Shown here: positions 13,696 through 26,855 of the stretch, in pieces | Layout of the letters: every line of letters begins with the position of its first letter | How positions within the stretch are numbered: the stretch's first letter is position 1 | Assembly (NCBI RefSeq): GCF_964355755.1 | Contig: NC_092670.1 | Coordinates: 13,192,795 to 13,256,794 of the forward strand | Direction: 5' to 3' | DNA: 64,000 nucleotides | Source: Antedon mediterranea | Lineage: Eukaryota > Animalia > Echinodermata | Translations under genes and position numbers: made by a program | The notes under the pieces: generated by a model | The model's database searches: none | The model's input: only the letters and a program-made list of their open reading frames with translations | Told to the model about the DNA's origin: nothing

Positions 13696-13776
13696 AAAAT
13701 TATTTACCACCATGCCAAATTCACAAAGAAAGGCCGAACAGCAACAACAAAAATCAAACAAGATTACTCAGCATAG
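13696..13776 (+). CDS. Candidate short terminal cytoplasmic exon of the Ig receptor
   Basis: CTTCTACAG acceptor, phase 0 matches the TM exon. Reads KIIYHHAKFTKKGRTATTKIKQDYSA*. No independent support. Confidence 0.4.
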   Translation, partial: KIIYHHAKFTKKGRTATTKIKQDYSA

Positions 13777-14977
13777 CCTATTCTTTGCCATTGCTGCGTA
13801 CTAATCTACATTAAATTAAGTTTTTATGATATAAATTAGTATAAAATACATTATTAATTAATATTTAATTAATGTATTTTTGTTTACCAGAAACAAGTTA
13901 GATTTAGAAATATTAATAAATTATCTTTCGTGTATCGATTTGGTTGATGAAGTGAACTGTTTATTCGGCAATTTTTAACTAAATAAATAGCATGAAACGA
14001 ACAATTAAATATCCAAACAGCTGAGCATTTAACATGATGGTGGCATGTAGTTGATAACATTTTTATCATGAAAACACAACCGGTGGTCCAGGCTTAGATT
14101 ATTGTGACCGTCACAAAAAGTTGTATACATCCTCAGTCGGGCAGCAGAGTGGTTGACCTCGCGAATTATTACCAAATCAAAATTTGAATTGCCGCCATCT
14201 TGGAATCGCGAAAAAGCAAGTAGTGCGGAATTACAAAATGCAGCAAAAAAATGTTCAATAACATTTAAATAGCATATTCATACAATTAAATTTATATTAA
14301 TACAATTCAACTAAGGATTTTACGAAAGATAGGCTAGGTAGGAAAAAATCTGATTTTACCTGTTAAACATGCTTGGCCATTTTAATATATATTATCCAGA
14401 TTATATATCAAAACAAACTGATAAAAGGATTTGTTGATTTGCTTCTGATGAGAAAAGTGCCGGATTCATTTCGCTAACGGCGAATGAATACACGGATTTT
14501 CGCCATTTTCTAGCACTAGCCTTGGGTACCCAGACAGCTGATAACGATTATATTCGATTGTCCAGACGTCTCTGCTACTGGTGCTCAATACTACAGTATG
14601 TATTACCATGGACCTATAGGTCCATGGTATTGTACATAATAGTACTGTATGTTTAGTTTTTGCTTTCTTTATGGCAAAATAAATATTTAATTTTTATTAT
14701 TGCTTATTTTCCTTTAACTTTATCCAAGAAGAAGTAAATATTATTATATACTGTATATGCATATTACAGTCAAGTTGCAACTTTTTTTTTTCATTTCTTT
14801 ATTCGAATTCATAAAATAACACAACATAAAAAAAAATACAAAGAATGAATTCAGGGTAACACAAAAAAGTAACCAAAGGTCAAACTTATTTCCATTGTGG
14901 CCCTTAAGGATAAAAACACCATAAGAATAAACATTTACAATAAACAATAACACATGTAGTAACAATATAAATATAAA

Positions 14978-15387
14978 TTATAATCTTTCAAGCATAACCT
15001 CTTTGAGATGTTTCCTGATATTTCTTTTGAATTGATTGATGGTTTCTGAACACTGTATCAATTTTGGCAGGTGATTCCATGACGTTATTGCCGTGTTAAC
15101 AAAGGTTGTTTGGGAGATGTTACCTATATATGGTCTATAAATTGATTGAGTTGCAAATCTAGTATTGTACTGGTGAATTACATTTGCTCTACTAATACCA
15201 TCATTCATAAACGTAGGGCTTAATCCATTAATAATACGATACATGTGACAAAGTTTTATCTGTTTAACTCTTAAGTCTACTGGGAGCCAATTCAGTTTGT
15301 TTAATTCATTAGCCCCAATGTGATCCCTTGGTTCAAGACCAAGAATACATCTGACCGTCTTATTTTGTGCAGTTTGCAATTTAACTT
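14978..15387 (-). CDS. C-terminal part of the LINE ORF, beyond the insertion
   Basis: KVKLQTAQNKTVRCILG...LNWLPVDLRV..HQYNTR..WNHLP is a typical CR1/L2-group C-terminus. It joins in frame to VWYSGLKKTL after the insert is removed. Confidence 0.9.
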
Positions 15388-15647
15388 TTAGGGTCTGTTT
15401 CTGCTGCATAACGCAATTTAACCGGTTATTTTAAAATAGATTAAAAATAGATAACAATAACAAGACCGCGTTTCTGCTCAATTTGTGCTCCGAAATAACC
15501 GGTTAAATCTATGGGTGGTCGTCGAGCAAAACGTCATCATTACCCAAAATGCAATACACTCAGACGGAAGTAGAAGTTGGCTGTTTGTTTACATCGACGT
15601 CGTGAGTACACACGTGTGTATTATATCGCCGAACATCTCACTCAAAC

Positions 15648-17147
15648 CATGGATTAAAGAATAGAAGGATATGCATCGACGGTGACATCAAACGATTTTA
15701 CAACGCGCTTGCCTATACTAAAGCACTGCTGCCAATCAAACAAACACGCTCATTGAACTCCGTGTCTCTAACCGCGGCCCTCTGTAAAACGCTTCGAATC
15801 AACTGTTACATTTTTTGAGACCAAAACGTAAGCATGTAGAAATCGTATGCGCAGTCTGAATGTTCTATTGACATGTCTGCGTCGATGATTAATTGACAAC
15901 AAAAATATACTGCTGAATAATTCTGTTTTAGTTTCATCACAATCGGACTACGAAAAGTTCACTTTCTTACGACTGGTAATTTTAAGTAGTTGGTAATATT
16001 AATAAAATATGCAATTTTTATATTTGAATTATCATTATTTGCCTGCCATCTTCTGTCATTAAAAATTGCGTTAATCTATAGAATATTAAATTATGCATTT
16101 GACCATGTATGTTGTTAGCGTGGCCGGTGTTCACCCATACAACAATCGTGTTTTTAATATATGGCTAAGCAGTGGTTTCTTCATAAATCTCCTTAATTAT
16201 CGATGTGATTATATTTAAATTGTAGTGCCTGGTGATTGGCTAGTGGTTATGTCATCCACATCACATCCAATCACCGGGTCTAATTGAATGAAAACAGCGA
16301 TCCCTGATCCGGGATTGGCTGGCTATGTATAGTTGCGATTCGTGTTCCCACTAGCGACGCAGATTAGCCTAGGCCTACCTAGGCAGTATCAATGTCGGCA
16401 AATCATATGGTTTAATAGTAAGCCTAGGCCTAGTATTGCTGATTTTGTAATTTTACATGTAGGCTGAGACAACAAATAAATAGTTATTGTCTCAGATGTA
16501 GGGCTACTACAGGTCATAAAATGCTACTTTAATGTCATAGGCCTAAAAACATTAGCGTAGATCAATCGCGGCAGAAACCTATACTAATTACAATTATAGC
16601 ATCTACAATTCTAAGCCAATAACAATATAGTATTGTTTTTATCTGGTATATTGATGAAGTAGGCCTACACTAAGGTCTTCACAATAACATAAAATGTAAT
16701 TTAATAACTGTTTTCAATGGCGTGAGGCAGAGGCCTGAAGCCACTTGTTTAGGAAACCTAAGTGGCCCTCCAAAAGTTTCAAAGATCGAGGCCTCGGACG
16801 TTTTTAGCATTTTCGACATATTTTATGCCTGTTCCTCTGGGCACTGCTCATGGGCCCCAAGCTTCGGTTTAGCCAGTGAGCGCACATATCCGTTACGCCA
16901 CTGATTATACTGTTCAAATATGTATGAATACATACAGTGCAACAAAGAACGCGCGAAAGAAGCGTAGTCAACACGGTTAAATGTCGTTGCACATGTGCAG
17001 TAAACAATATATTAGGCACGCGACCGTTTCGTTGTTACCATGCGGTTAATTAAACTGTAACATTGTGGGCGGTCCGCGGTCTGTCGGCGAGAGTCAAGGA
17101 ACCCTTGATCTCACGTCGATGCATATCCTTCTATTCTTTAATCCATG
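15648..17147. mobile_element. P-element-like MITE nested in the Harbinger element
   Basis: Perfect TIR of about 34 bp, CATGGATTAAAGAATAGAAGGATATGCATCGACG. 7-bp TSD CTCAAAC at 15641-15647 and 17148-17154. Confidence 0.85.
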
Positions 17148-17250
17148 CTCAAACATGTTAAAAAAATAAAATGGGATAATTTTTATCCTCAACAAAGGCG
17201 ATGACATACGGCCCTTCCCACGTGAATCGGACTGTTGTCTTTCGCGAGCG

Positions 17251-17879
17251 CGGTCCTACAAAACACCAAAACGGAAACAAAAACGAGACTCAGAATGTTG
17301 CAATACTTACCAAACGAGAGTAGATAATTGTTAATTAATTATGAAAACCCAACTTTTATAGCAAAAATTGTCCGAATTTATGTTAAAAACGATGAGTTTA
17401 GCCACAAAAACTTAAATCAAACGAGAGTATCCAAGTCATAGAATATCGCACGCATATAGTGCCTTTAATAAAATAATGAGTATTGAACATTATTTCGTAT
17501 ATTTATGTACTAACATAAATAATAACACATTTCTATGCTTAATAAAATCATATTTAATATATTATCAAAGGCTCTGATTACCTTTGTTTTCGGTCGATGT
17601 GATGTTTTTCTAAAAAATTATATTATGTAAAACGATCAAAGTAAGAATGTTCATTGTTCTCCTATTAAAGGCACTAAGGGCGTGCCATAAATACGCTCGT
17701 TTGGATTAAGTTTTTGTTGCTAAATTCATCGTTTATAACATAAATTCGGATGATTTTTGCTATCAAATTTGGGTTTTCATAATTAATTAACCATTATCTA
17801 CTATCGTTTGGTAGGTATTTGCAACATTCTGAGTTCCTTTTGTTTCCGTTTTGGTGTTTATATAGGACCATCCATACCC
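17251..17879. mobile_element. Mutator-like foldback MITE nested in the Harbinger element
   Basis: Imperfect inverted repeats of about 180 bp (17252-17430 vs 17690-17869). TTCGCGAGCG duplicated at 17241-17250 and 17880-17889. Confidence 0.75.
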
Positions 17880-18404
17880 TTCGCGAGCGTGTACTAACGC
17901 CTCAAATTGCTTAGCTTGGGTAGTCCCCGGAACTCCACCCCAAACTCCTCTTTTACTTTCGCAAAAATGCTCTTATTTATTATCTGTGATTCTTTTCTAT
18001 TGCCTGCCATCCTTCCCCGTACTTTCTCTCCCCCCACAACTGAATAACATATCTTGTGATTTCATTCATCCACATACATGTTCACTTCTTCGTTCGACTG
18101 TCAAAACCACGAGGAAAACACACATCGTATGCGACGGTATCTGACCCGGGGTCACAACTGTCAATCAAATAACCGTTATTTCGTGTTGCAGCTAAGAATT
18201 GCTCAGCGATAACCGGTTAAACGGCGTTCTAACACCGATTTAAATTGGTGTTTTTAACCGGTTATTTTGCGCTGCCTTTTAACCGGTTACCACAAATGTG
18301 TCCTGTTTCTGCTGCCAAGAAAATGGAGTTAATTTATTCACACCGATTTTAATTTATTCACACCGATTTTAACCGGTTATTTTTTATGCAGCAGAAACAG
18401 GCCC

Positions 18405-21400
18405 TTAATGTTTTTTTTAATCCAGAGTACCACACGCTACAAGCATAATCATAAAGGCATAACACCAAACTATTTGCTAGTAACTTAAGATCTCTGAAAA
18501 TTAAGTACTTTCTATTTCTATATAAAAATTTTACCCTTGAGTTTACTTTCTTTATAACTGATTTACCTATATAATCTCCAGTTAGATTGTTATCGAGTTC
18601 AAGTCCTAGATAACTTACTGTAGGTTTGTTTGTGATTATATAATCATTGCATGTAACTTTCAATTCTTGTTGATTTCTGAGTTTACGTTTAGATCCAAAT
18701 AGAATTGAATACGTTTTGCCTAGATGCAATGACAATCTATTATCTAATAACCAAGAATTAATAGATTTTAATTCTTTTGACAATACATTTTGTATATTGG
18801 CGACACTTTTATCAGATACAACTATAGCAGAATCATCGGCATAAAGGAGCAGTTTACAACTCAATGCAGATTCCATATCATTCACATACATTAAGAACAA
18901 CAGTGGGCCCAATATTGACCCCTGAGGGACCCCACATGTTATTTTTTTCCACGTTGAAAGAGTACCACAATTATCAACTACCTGCCATCTATCTGTTAAA
19001 TATGATTTAAACCAACCTATTACTGTTTGGGACAATCCTAATGCTCCCATTTTGCCTAGTAAAATCTGATGGTCTACAGTATCGAAAGCCTTTTGTAGGT
19101 CTAAGACTATCATACCTGTTAAATTACCTTTATCCCAATTCTTTTTAATATGGTCAGTTAGGTGAATTAAACAAAGATCTGTCGAAAAATTTGCTCGGAA
19201 CCCACATTGGAAATCATAGATAAGTGATTTAGAATTAAGGTATTCCATCAATTGGTCATGTACTAGTCTTTCAACAACTTTAGAAAAAGCCGAGAGTATA
19301 GACACCGGACGATAGTTGCCTACCACCGTTTTACTACCCTTTTTGTGAATTGGGATGACTCTCGCTAATTTCCATTCTTTGGGTACAATACCGGATGTGA
19401 AGGACAACTTAATAATATGAGTTAATGGTTTTGCTATTGCAGAAGCCCCATCTTTGAAGAATTTGGCTGGTAGAGTATCTATTCCTATAGCTTTACTCGT
19501 CGATAATTGTGTCAAAGCTTTAAGAACATTATCTTCAGATAATTCTATGAAAGAAAAATCATTAGGAAAGACACCTTTGCTACTGTAAAAGACATTGACA
19601 TGTTCCAAGTTATAAGTATTACTAGGAGGGTCAAGTTTGTTTACTAGCTCTCCAGCAACGTTGGTGAAGTACGAATTAAACTCTTCAGCAACTTCTTTCT
19701 TATCATGAACATATTCATTGTTGATCTCAAGACAAACCTGTTTCTTGTCATTATTATTTGATTTAGAGGTTCCAAGACCTTTAAGAACTTTCCATAATTG
19801 TTTTGGTTTGTATTTATTTTCTTGAAGTTGTTCAGAATAAAAATTTACTTTAGCTTTTTTAATTTTATAATTTACACTATTTCGGAGTTTTCTAAAACCT
19901 TTGAGATGCATCACATCCTTTGTACTACGATATCTAATTAACATTTTGTCTCTTTGCCTAATAAGATCTCTTAATTCGGAGTCAAACCATGGTTGATCTT
20001 TTACTTTAACCCTAACTTTTTTTTTAGGAGCAATTGAATCAATTATACGCAGAAACTTATCTTTAAATGTATCCCATGAAGATTGAACACAAGTTAAACT
20101 AATACAATCTGACCAGTCAATACTATTAAGCATATGAGTCAGTGAATCAGAACTGTAATTTTTCATTGATCTAACATCAATTGTTCTGTGTATGCCAGAA
20201 ATGATATTAGTCCGTTTTCGTCTACAAAACGTTAAAAAGTGATCACTTAGTCCAATAGGAATTACTCCACTGGCCTTAATTTTTAAAGGATCACTGGCAA
20301 AGATCAAATCTATTGCTGAGCTATTGTTATCACTGATCCTAGTTGGTTCAGTGATAAGTTGTTCAAGACCGAAAATATTACAGAAGTTAGTCACTGACTC
20401 ATAGTTGTTACGATTACAATTTAAAACATTTACATTAAAGTCTCCAAGAATAATAATTTCTTGAGCAATGAAGTTTCCAACAGTCATAAGCAGGTTTTCT
20501 AAACAGTTAAAAAATGTACCTTGTTTTGGTGGGCGATAGCAAACACCGGTTAAAATTGGCTTCGACTTTGGCAAAATTATATCAATCCATTTGCATTCGA
20601 TATCCTCTCTGTCCAAATCATTTCTGACTGAGTATGAAATAGTATTGCGTATATATAAACACACTCCACCCCCTTTTCCATTTCTGTCTTTCCTTTCTAT
20701 TGAGAAATTTTCAATTTTTATTTCAGCATCATTGATTGAATCATCGAGCCACGACTCACTTATTGCAATGACTGATGCGTTCGTATTTTTTGCAATATCT
20801 CGAATTTGATCGATTTTGTTACGTAAACTTCTAACGTTAAGGTGAATAAATATCAAACCCTTACCACAAAGAAGTTTACATTCCAACTCGTTGAGCAGCC
20901 TATCCTCGTTTTCCAAATTGGCATTTAACAACTCCGTGTACGAAACATCAGATATATTAATAGTATCTTCAAATAATGAATCACTGAAGATAGGTACCAT
21001 ACATGAGTAGCAATGCCAGTCCGAATCCGATTTGGCAAGGCGATTGTATTCTTTAATAGAGATATTCGCACATTTAATGTGGTACCATGAGTCACATCCA
21101 TCGCAGCAGATACCTCGTTGATTTGATTTCACAGATCCTGAACACAGCCCACATGGATCACAAGTTGTGGGTCCAGGGTTAGACGATATATCTCCACTTA
21201 AAACAAGAATCATAAACGCAAAATGTCTCAATAAAACTCCAAGTCGTATTGCCCGTGTTTTAGTTTTTCCTCCGTGACCGTGTCTGCGTGGATATACCTT
21301 TTCAAAGTATGACGTAGAACATAATTTAAGTGCTGTGATTCCATGTTGGCTAGTGAAGAATTCCTTAAACGGACTGCTTGTACGCAAATCATTGGAATTT

Positions 21401-21489
21401 CTCTGGACGTCCCTGGCATTCCATTTTGTTATCACCGCCAGCAGGATCACTAATAGAGTAGGCAAACCGGTATGTCGAAACGTAGCCAT
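18405..21489 (-). CDS. LINE polyprotein: hydrophobic leader, 2A-like peptide, PHD finger, APE endonuclease, reverse transcriptase
   Basis: GDISSNPGP at aa 99-107. C4HC3 PHD finger. APE motifs HLNVRSL, ISESWL, GDFN, SDH. RT motifs NYRPVSIL, QCGFR, LDLQKAFDTV, GVPQGSILGP, YADD. Confidence 0.95.
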
Positions 21490-21919
21490 GATAAATCAAC
21501 AATCTAATCCAAGTCAAAATCCACCTAGAAGAAACTTACCGGCTATGAAATGAGTCAATACGGTACCGTAAACAGATCATACAAAAAAACACGATACAAA
21601 TACAGTTAAAATCCGTACACAATTTCAGATTAAAAATGCATGTAAAATTTCAGCTTGAAGAAGCATATAAAAATATCATCAATATACAGACAGCTATACA
21701 AACAACATTCTATAAAATATTTTAGTTGCTTTAAAAAATGCGAGGTTGAAAGACACTTGAACTAGGCCCAAGAACTGCCATGAATCTACTGCACTTTGGT
21801 TACTAACTAAATAATTAATAGTATAACATCATAACTAACAAACAAATTAACAAGTTAATAAATTAACCACCATTAAATAATTTTATTTACACAAAAGTAT
21901 TTTACATACAGTATAACAT

Positions 21920-23956
21920 TAGGTATCCCAATGAAAGCGCACAGAGGGGTATCACTTTTGAAATATTGACGAAATTCGAAAAAGTAGTATGACTTTGATG
22001 TTAAATAAATCGTATTCAATCTTAATTAATACTTACAAAATTTATATTGTTTGAAAGTACTTGTTTTAATCTATGTATAAGTGTGTTTATAATTAAAATT
22101 AATGAATTAGTTGCCGAGAAAATGCGATTTTAAAACAGTTCTAAAATCCCGTCGAGCCGATTTCCGCGCGTTGAAAACCTTATCGGAAAATCCCCATCAG
22201 TTTTCAAAACACGATCGCACGATTACCATTGAAGCTAGCGGATTAATTTTTGTTGTATGTTATCAGGCTTTAAATAAGCTTTAGTTTGATACGAAAATCG
22301 ACTTCTATAAATAGGTTTTTCATAACGAAAAGTCAATTTTTGTGACAAAAATCCAATTTTGATTCACCGTTTATGGAAAAATATTATGGATTTTGGTATT
22401 AAATTATAGCTAAATCTACATTGAAATCGATAAAACATAGTTTACAAACGTATTGTGCATGGTAATTGTGCGAACTACATTTTAAAATGGTGCATGAGGC
22501 GTAAATCCCGTTGCAACATTTTAAAGATCCAACCATTATAATCCGGTGAATATTGTAGTGAGTAAAATATTGTACTCTAAAATACGCGCGTGTTTGTTGT
22601 GGCGTTTTCCGTTAAATACATTAATGCACCCTATCAGCGAATGGTACGTTCCATATTTTGAACACGTTGTTTAGTTTTCCTCGCTCGAGTTCGACCGGCT
22701 CGACGCGAGATGTGTGACAGCAGCGATGTCGGAGATTGACATGTCCTTTTCCGTCGTAGAATATCTGGTTTTACACATTAATTTAACAACTTAAAATTGA
22801 TGTAATGTGCGGAAGATTTATTATGCAAGTATACAATGCAAATGCGTTAGGTTAAAATGTACCGAAGAAATTTATTAAGCTAATTTAGCAACGTTACATT
22901 TGACTCTGTATACGGCGGTCGAAAGTCATTAACTGCGACCGAAATACTTTAACGGGAGCGACTACTGATCACGAGTAAGCCGTGACTTGGCCTAAACTTT
23001 AGCTCCGTATTTCAATTTAATAACGTAATAATACGAAAAGAAAACAATTTTTATAATGTTGTATATACTATTCAGGTAAACAATTAATTGTTTTAATTAA
23101 CATTGATTATTTTAAATGAGTTTATTTTGACCCATATTGTGCGTTTGCCTTAAAAGAGCATATCTTACTTAGCAGCCCGGCTTAGATTTGGTGTCATAAT
23201 CATACGGGCCTAAAATCTTGTTTTACGTATTCAAAAGTTATATATAATAGTATTTATGATTGAAATTATAAATATAAAGTATATTAAAATATTCTAATAA
23301 TTATACTTACCGAAAATTAGTGTAAAAGAAATGAAACAGTACACACCGTTTTTAACATACTTTTCATTTTTTTTTTTTATAATTTTAAATTTCACCATTA
23401 AAAAACATTTTTTTTTTCATATACACATCTAAAATATATTTATTAATGAAATATACACTACATTCTAACAAGTACAAAAAAAATTAAATGAATTAGTACA
23501 GTAGTTCAAAAGTTACAGATCATTGAAAAATTACAGTTTTTTCATTTTTTTAGGGAATTCCAGCAAAAATGGGCGCTAAATGCTTTCCTACCACTTTGCA
23601 GACCAATAATTTAAAAAATAGGTTTCGTTGAGTCTCCAAAAAAAATAGAGTTGTACAACTCTGTGATATCTATAGGTTTAACAAAATTCAAAACTTTTAA
23701 CTAATTATTGTTAAAGTTATAACCTTTTAAAAATGCTTCCATTTTCAACTGCAAAAAACACCATTTTTAGGCAAAAAATCGTATATTTTTTTACCACTTT
23801 AAATAACCATAACTTTAGAACGGGTAATCGGATTTCAATCATTTAAAAATCATCATCATCATCAATCATGCAAAATTCTAATTACATTAAGTTCTTTATG
23901 GTTAACTGAAAGAAAAAGTAAAAAAATTAATCTGAATTTTTTCATTGGGATACCTA
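21920..23956. mobile_element. hAT-like non-autonomous element with 7-bp TSD (copy 1)
   Basis: TIR TAGGTATCCCAATGAAA. ATAACAT duplicated at 21913-21919 and 23957-23963. A homologous copy lies at 35493-40349. Confidence 0.85.
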
Positions 23957-24659
23957 ATAACATGTAATATCTTGTTTACATCGAAGTAAAATATGCCTAT
24001 CAAACTATCTTGCTCAGGCTAAAATATCAAGCTATATATGTATATAATAACATTTTTTATTTTTTTGTTATTTTTAAAGACATCTGTTACGTACATCAAT
24101 TTACAAATATCAAAATAGGATTGTTTTTGCAGCACAAGATGAATCACAAGTCGGATAGTTTATTCTTAATCTTAGAAACCTGAAAGAAAAAAAAACACCA
24201 ATAATGAGCTATTCATAGTTAAATAATTTTAATGTCAACTTTAGTCATCCTAAATTTTGTCGCCATGATCACTACTATACTGTATATATAAATATCATAC
24301 TATGTACTGTACGACCATCCAAATTACCTAATCCTACCTACAGTCCTTCCTAGCCTAGGCTACATTATTGTCATTATATATTTACAAACCTCCAACAGCC
24401 ACAACGTATTTTCTTTTCTTTGGCAAAGAATTTCCCGTAATATAGTCCCAAATTAATTAAATAAATTAAAAGGTCTAGGCCTAGGCCTTTCTTTAATTAT
24501 CCGACGATATATATCCATAATCCAGTGGATATAGATTCAACATTTTAAACATAATATGGCTTCACATTGATTATAATAAGTCGGCGATATGCCACTAAAA
24601 ACTAGCCTGCGGCCCTCTCTATCCCCTACAAATAGCACTGGGTTTCCGTCAAATGGGCT

Positions 24660-25646
24660 AGGCCTAGCGGTAGCCGATCACTCCGGCCGCCGTATCAGTT
24701 TAGCGCGATGTTATGCACTCCGGCCGCTATATTCAATTCGACTTCCTGTGCAAAGGGGGCCGTTAGTATGGAGCGCCCATATCTACGTTTTCTATACTGT
24801 TCAGTGTTATAACAAATTCTTGGTGAATTTAAATGGAACTAATTGAATATTTATTAGCAACAAATTTACTTTTTTCATTAACAATAACATTCAAAGAAGT
24901 TGGAACTGCTTTTTCTTTCAAACTAAACTTAACTTAATTAAATTCAATAATAAAATAATAATCAAATACCCGTCTAATTAATGCTTGAATAACAATATTT
25001 AATTTCTTTCTATGTACATTTATTTTTATAGCTTTACATATTAACATTAAAAATTAGTTAAAACCCTTATTTTTATAACACTTTATCTTGCCAGTACCCA
25101 TACTTACTAATTATAGTTAATAACAATATGTAAAATATTAATTTATTTATTTGAAATAATCAATTATTATTGATGTTTATTATAGTTAATAACAATATTT
25201 ACAATATTAATTAATTTATTTCAAATAATCAAATATCCGTCTAATTAATGTTACCTGGAATTTGTATCAAGAATTAATATATCATTTTTTTACAGTCCAA
25301 TTTACAATGATTTTATATTTTAATTTATATATGATAAAAATAATATGACATATAGGGTACATTGCAATAAATTACATTAATTAATCACATTACAATTAAT
25401 AGCCTATTATACATTGGATAAAACACATTATTTTGTTTTAGCATTAGACCTAATTTAAAACACTTGCAATGTTGTTGTGATCCTGAAAGAGAAAAAATAT
25501 ACTGTATGATTACAAATGTTTATTTTGATTCTCTACAAAAAACGTTTCTCGGTTGTAAAAGACTCATTGGGCGCTCCATAGCTGCGGCCGGATTGAAGCG
25601 CGGCCGGAGTGATCTGTATTCGGCCGGAGTGATCTGTATTCGGCCT
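24660..25646. mobile_element. Probable MITE with GC-rich inverted ends
   Basis: GATCACTCCGGCCGC and TATGGAGCGCCCA on the left are inverted on the right (25568-25635). AT-rich interior. TSD not resolved. Confidence 0.55.
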
Positions 25647-26855
25647 AGACCTAGGCCTAGATAATACAAGTTGGGTACATTTTTTTACAACCAAATAATC
25701 TACAATTATATTGCAATATTTACCAAACTAGCACCAAATCCAAAATAATAAAGCTACTAATAACATACTTTGGTATATTAACTGGTTTAAAAACGGATTG
25801 CACATAGTGATTTTGAAGGATTGAAATTACTCAACCACACGGCCTGTACTAAACATACGAATCCAAGATGGAGTCTGCTTAGAATATATCCCCAGCTTTG
25901 AACGGATATTGAATCCGTCCCACAAGCTGAACCAAGCTTAAACTTTCAGAAAAGATAGATTAATAACCTAATAACCAACCACTAAGTTTTTATAAAGGTT
26001 CCGTGCTGATGAGAAAAGTGCCGGAGTATATTACTAATACTGTTACAGCAAAAACAGCGAATTACTCATTCTTGTAATATATTCTTTGGTAATATGCTTG
26101 ATCAAACCAACATGCTTGGGAGTTAAATGATGTTTAAACATCAATCAATCAATCAATCAATTTATTTGGAAATTGCACCTTTACATCGGTGGCACACACA
26201 GGAAGTGGTGCATCCATATTGAACACAATTAACATAAAATGACGGATACGGATACTTAAGCTAATTTGAATTAAAATTAGTACTCTATACTGTAGCAATA
26301 TTTGTCTGACATGAGTTGATACATTTTAGTTAAATATATTTATATATATATACATAAAGAGGAAGTAGTAACAAAAATATTTGTTGATGAGGATATTAAA
26401 ATTATCATGATAGTTAATATTGAAATGGTTTCATATACAGTATAGTAATAACAATTATACATAGTGATACAAAATAATATATAAAAAATACATTCACATA
26501 AAATCATAAGTTAATACAAAAAAAAAATCAAAAAAAAAAATCAAAAAAAAAAAAAAAATCTTAACTATACTACTATACTTAACTAAAAAAGCCAAAAGAA
26601 AACGTTGGTAAGTAAATATATTTAATGTAAGGTATAGCCTGTTAATCATTACTGTATTTATAGTTATACATTAGTAGTACCAGACTACTACAGTTTAGTG
26701 ATAACAATAATTATTAATACATGATACAAAATAATATATATATATAAATACATTCACATTCACAAAAAAAACTTAAGTATACTATACTTAACTAAAAAAA
26801 TTCTTTATTTCGTTACTCTATTTACAGTTATACATTAGTAATACCAGACTGGTAT

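Larger units (their letters stand above)
15391..18404. mobile_element. PIF/Harbinger-type non-autonomous element
   Basis: TIR GGGTCTGTTTCTGCTGCATAA / TTATGCAGCAGAAACAGGCCC. TTA TSD at 15388-15390 and 18405-18407. Subterminal TAACCGGTTA palindromes. Confidence 0.9.
14781..21780 (-). mobile_element. Apparently full-length single-ORF CR1-group (Crack/Daphne-like) LINE interrupted by a DNA transposon
   Basis: ORF 21489-18405 plus 15387-14978. The 3' UTR ends in AATAAA and an A-run near 14781-14802 on the minus strand. The 5' boundary is approximate. Confidence 0.85.
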
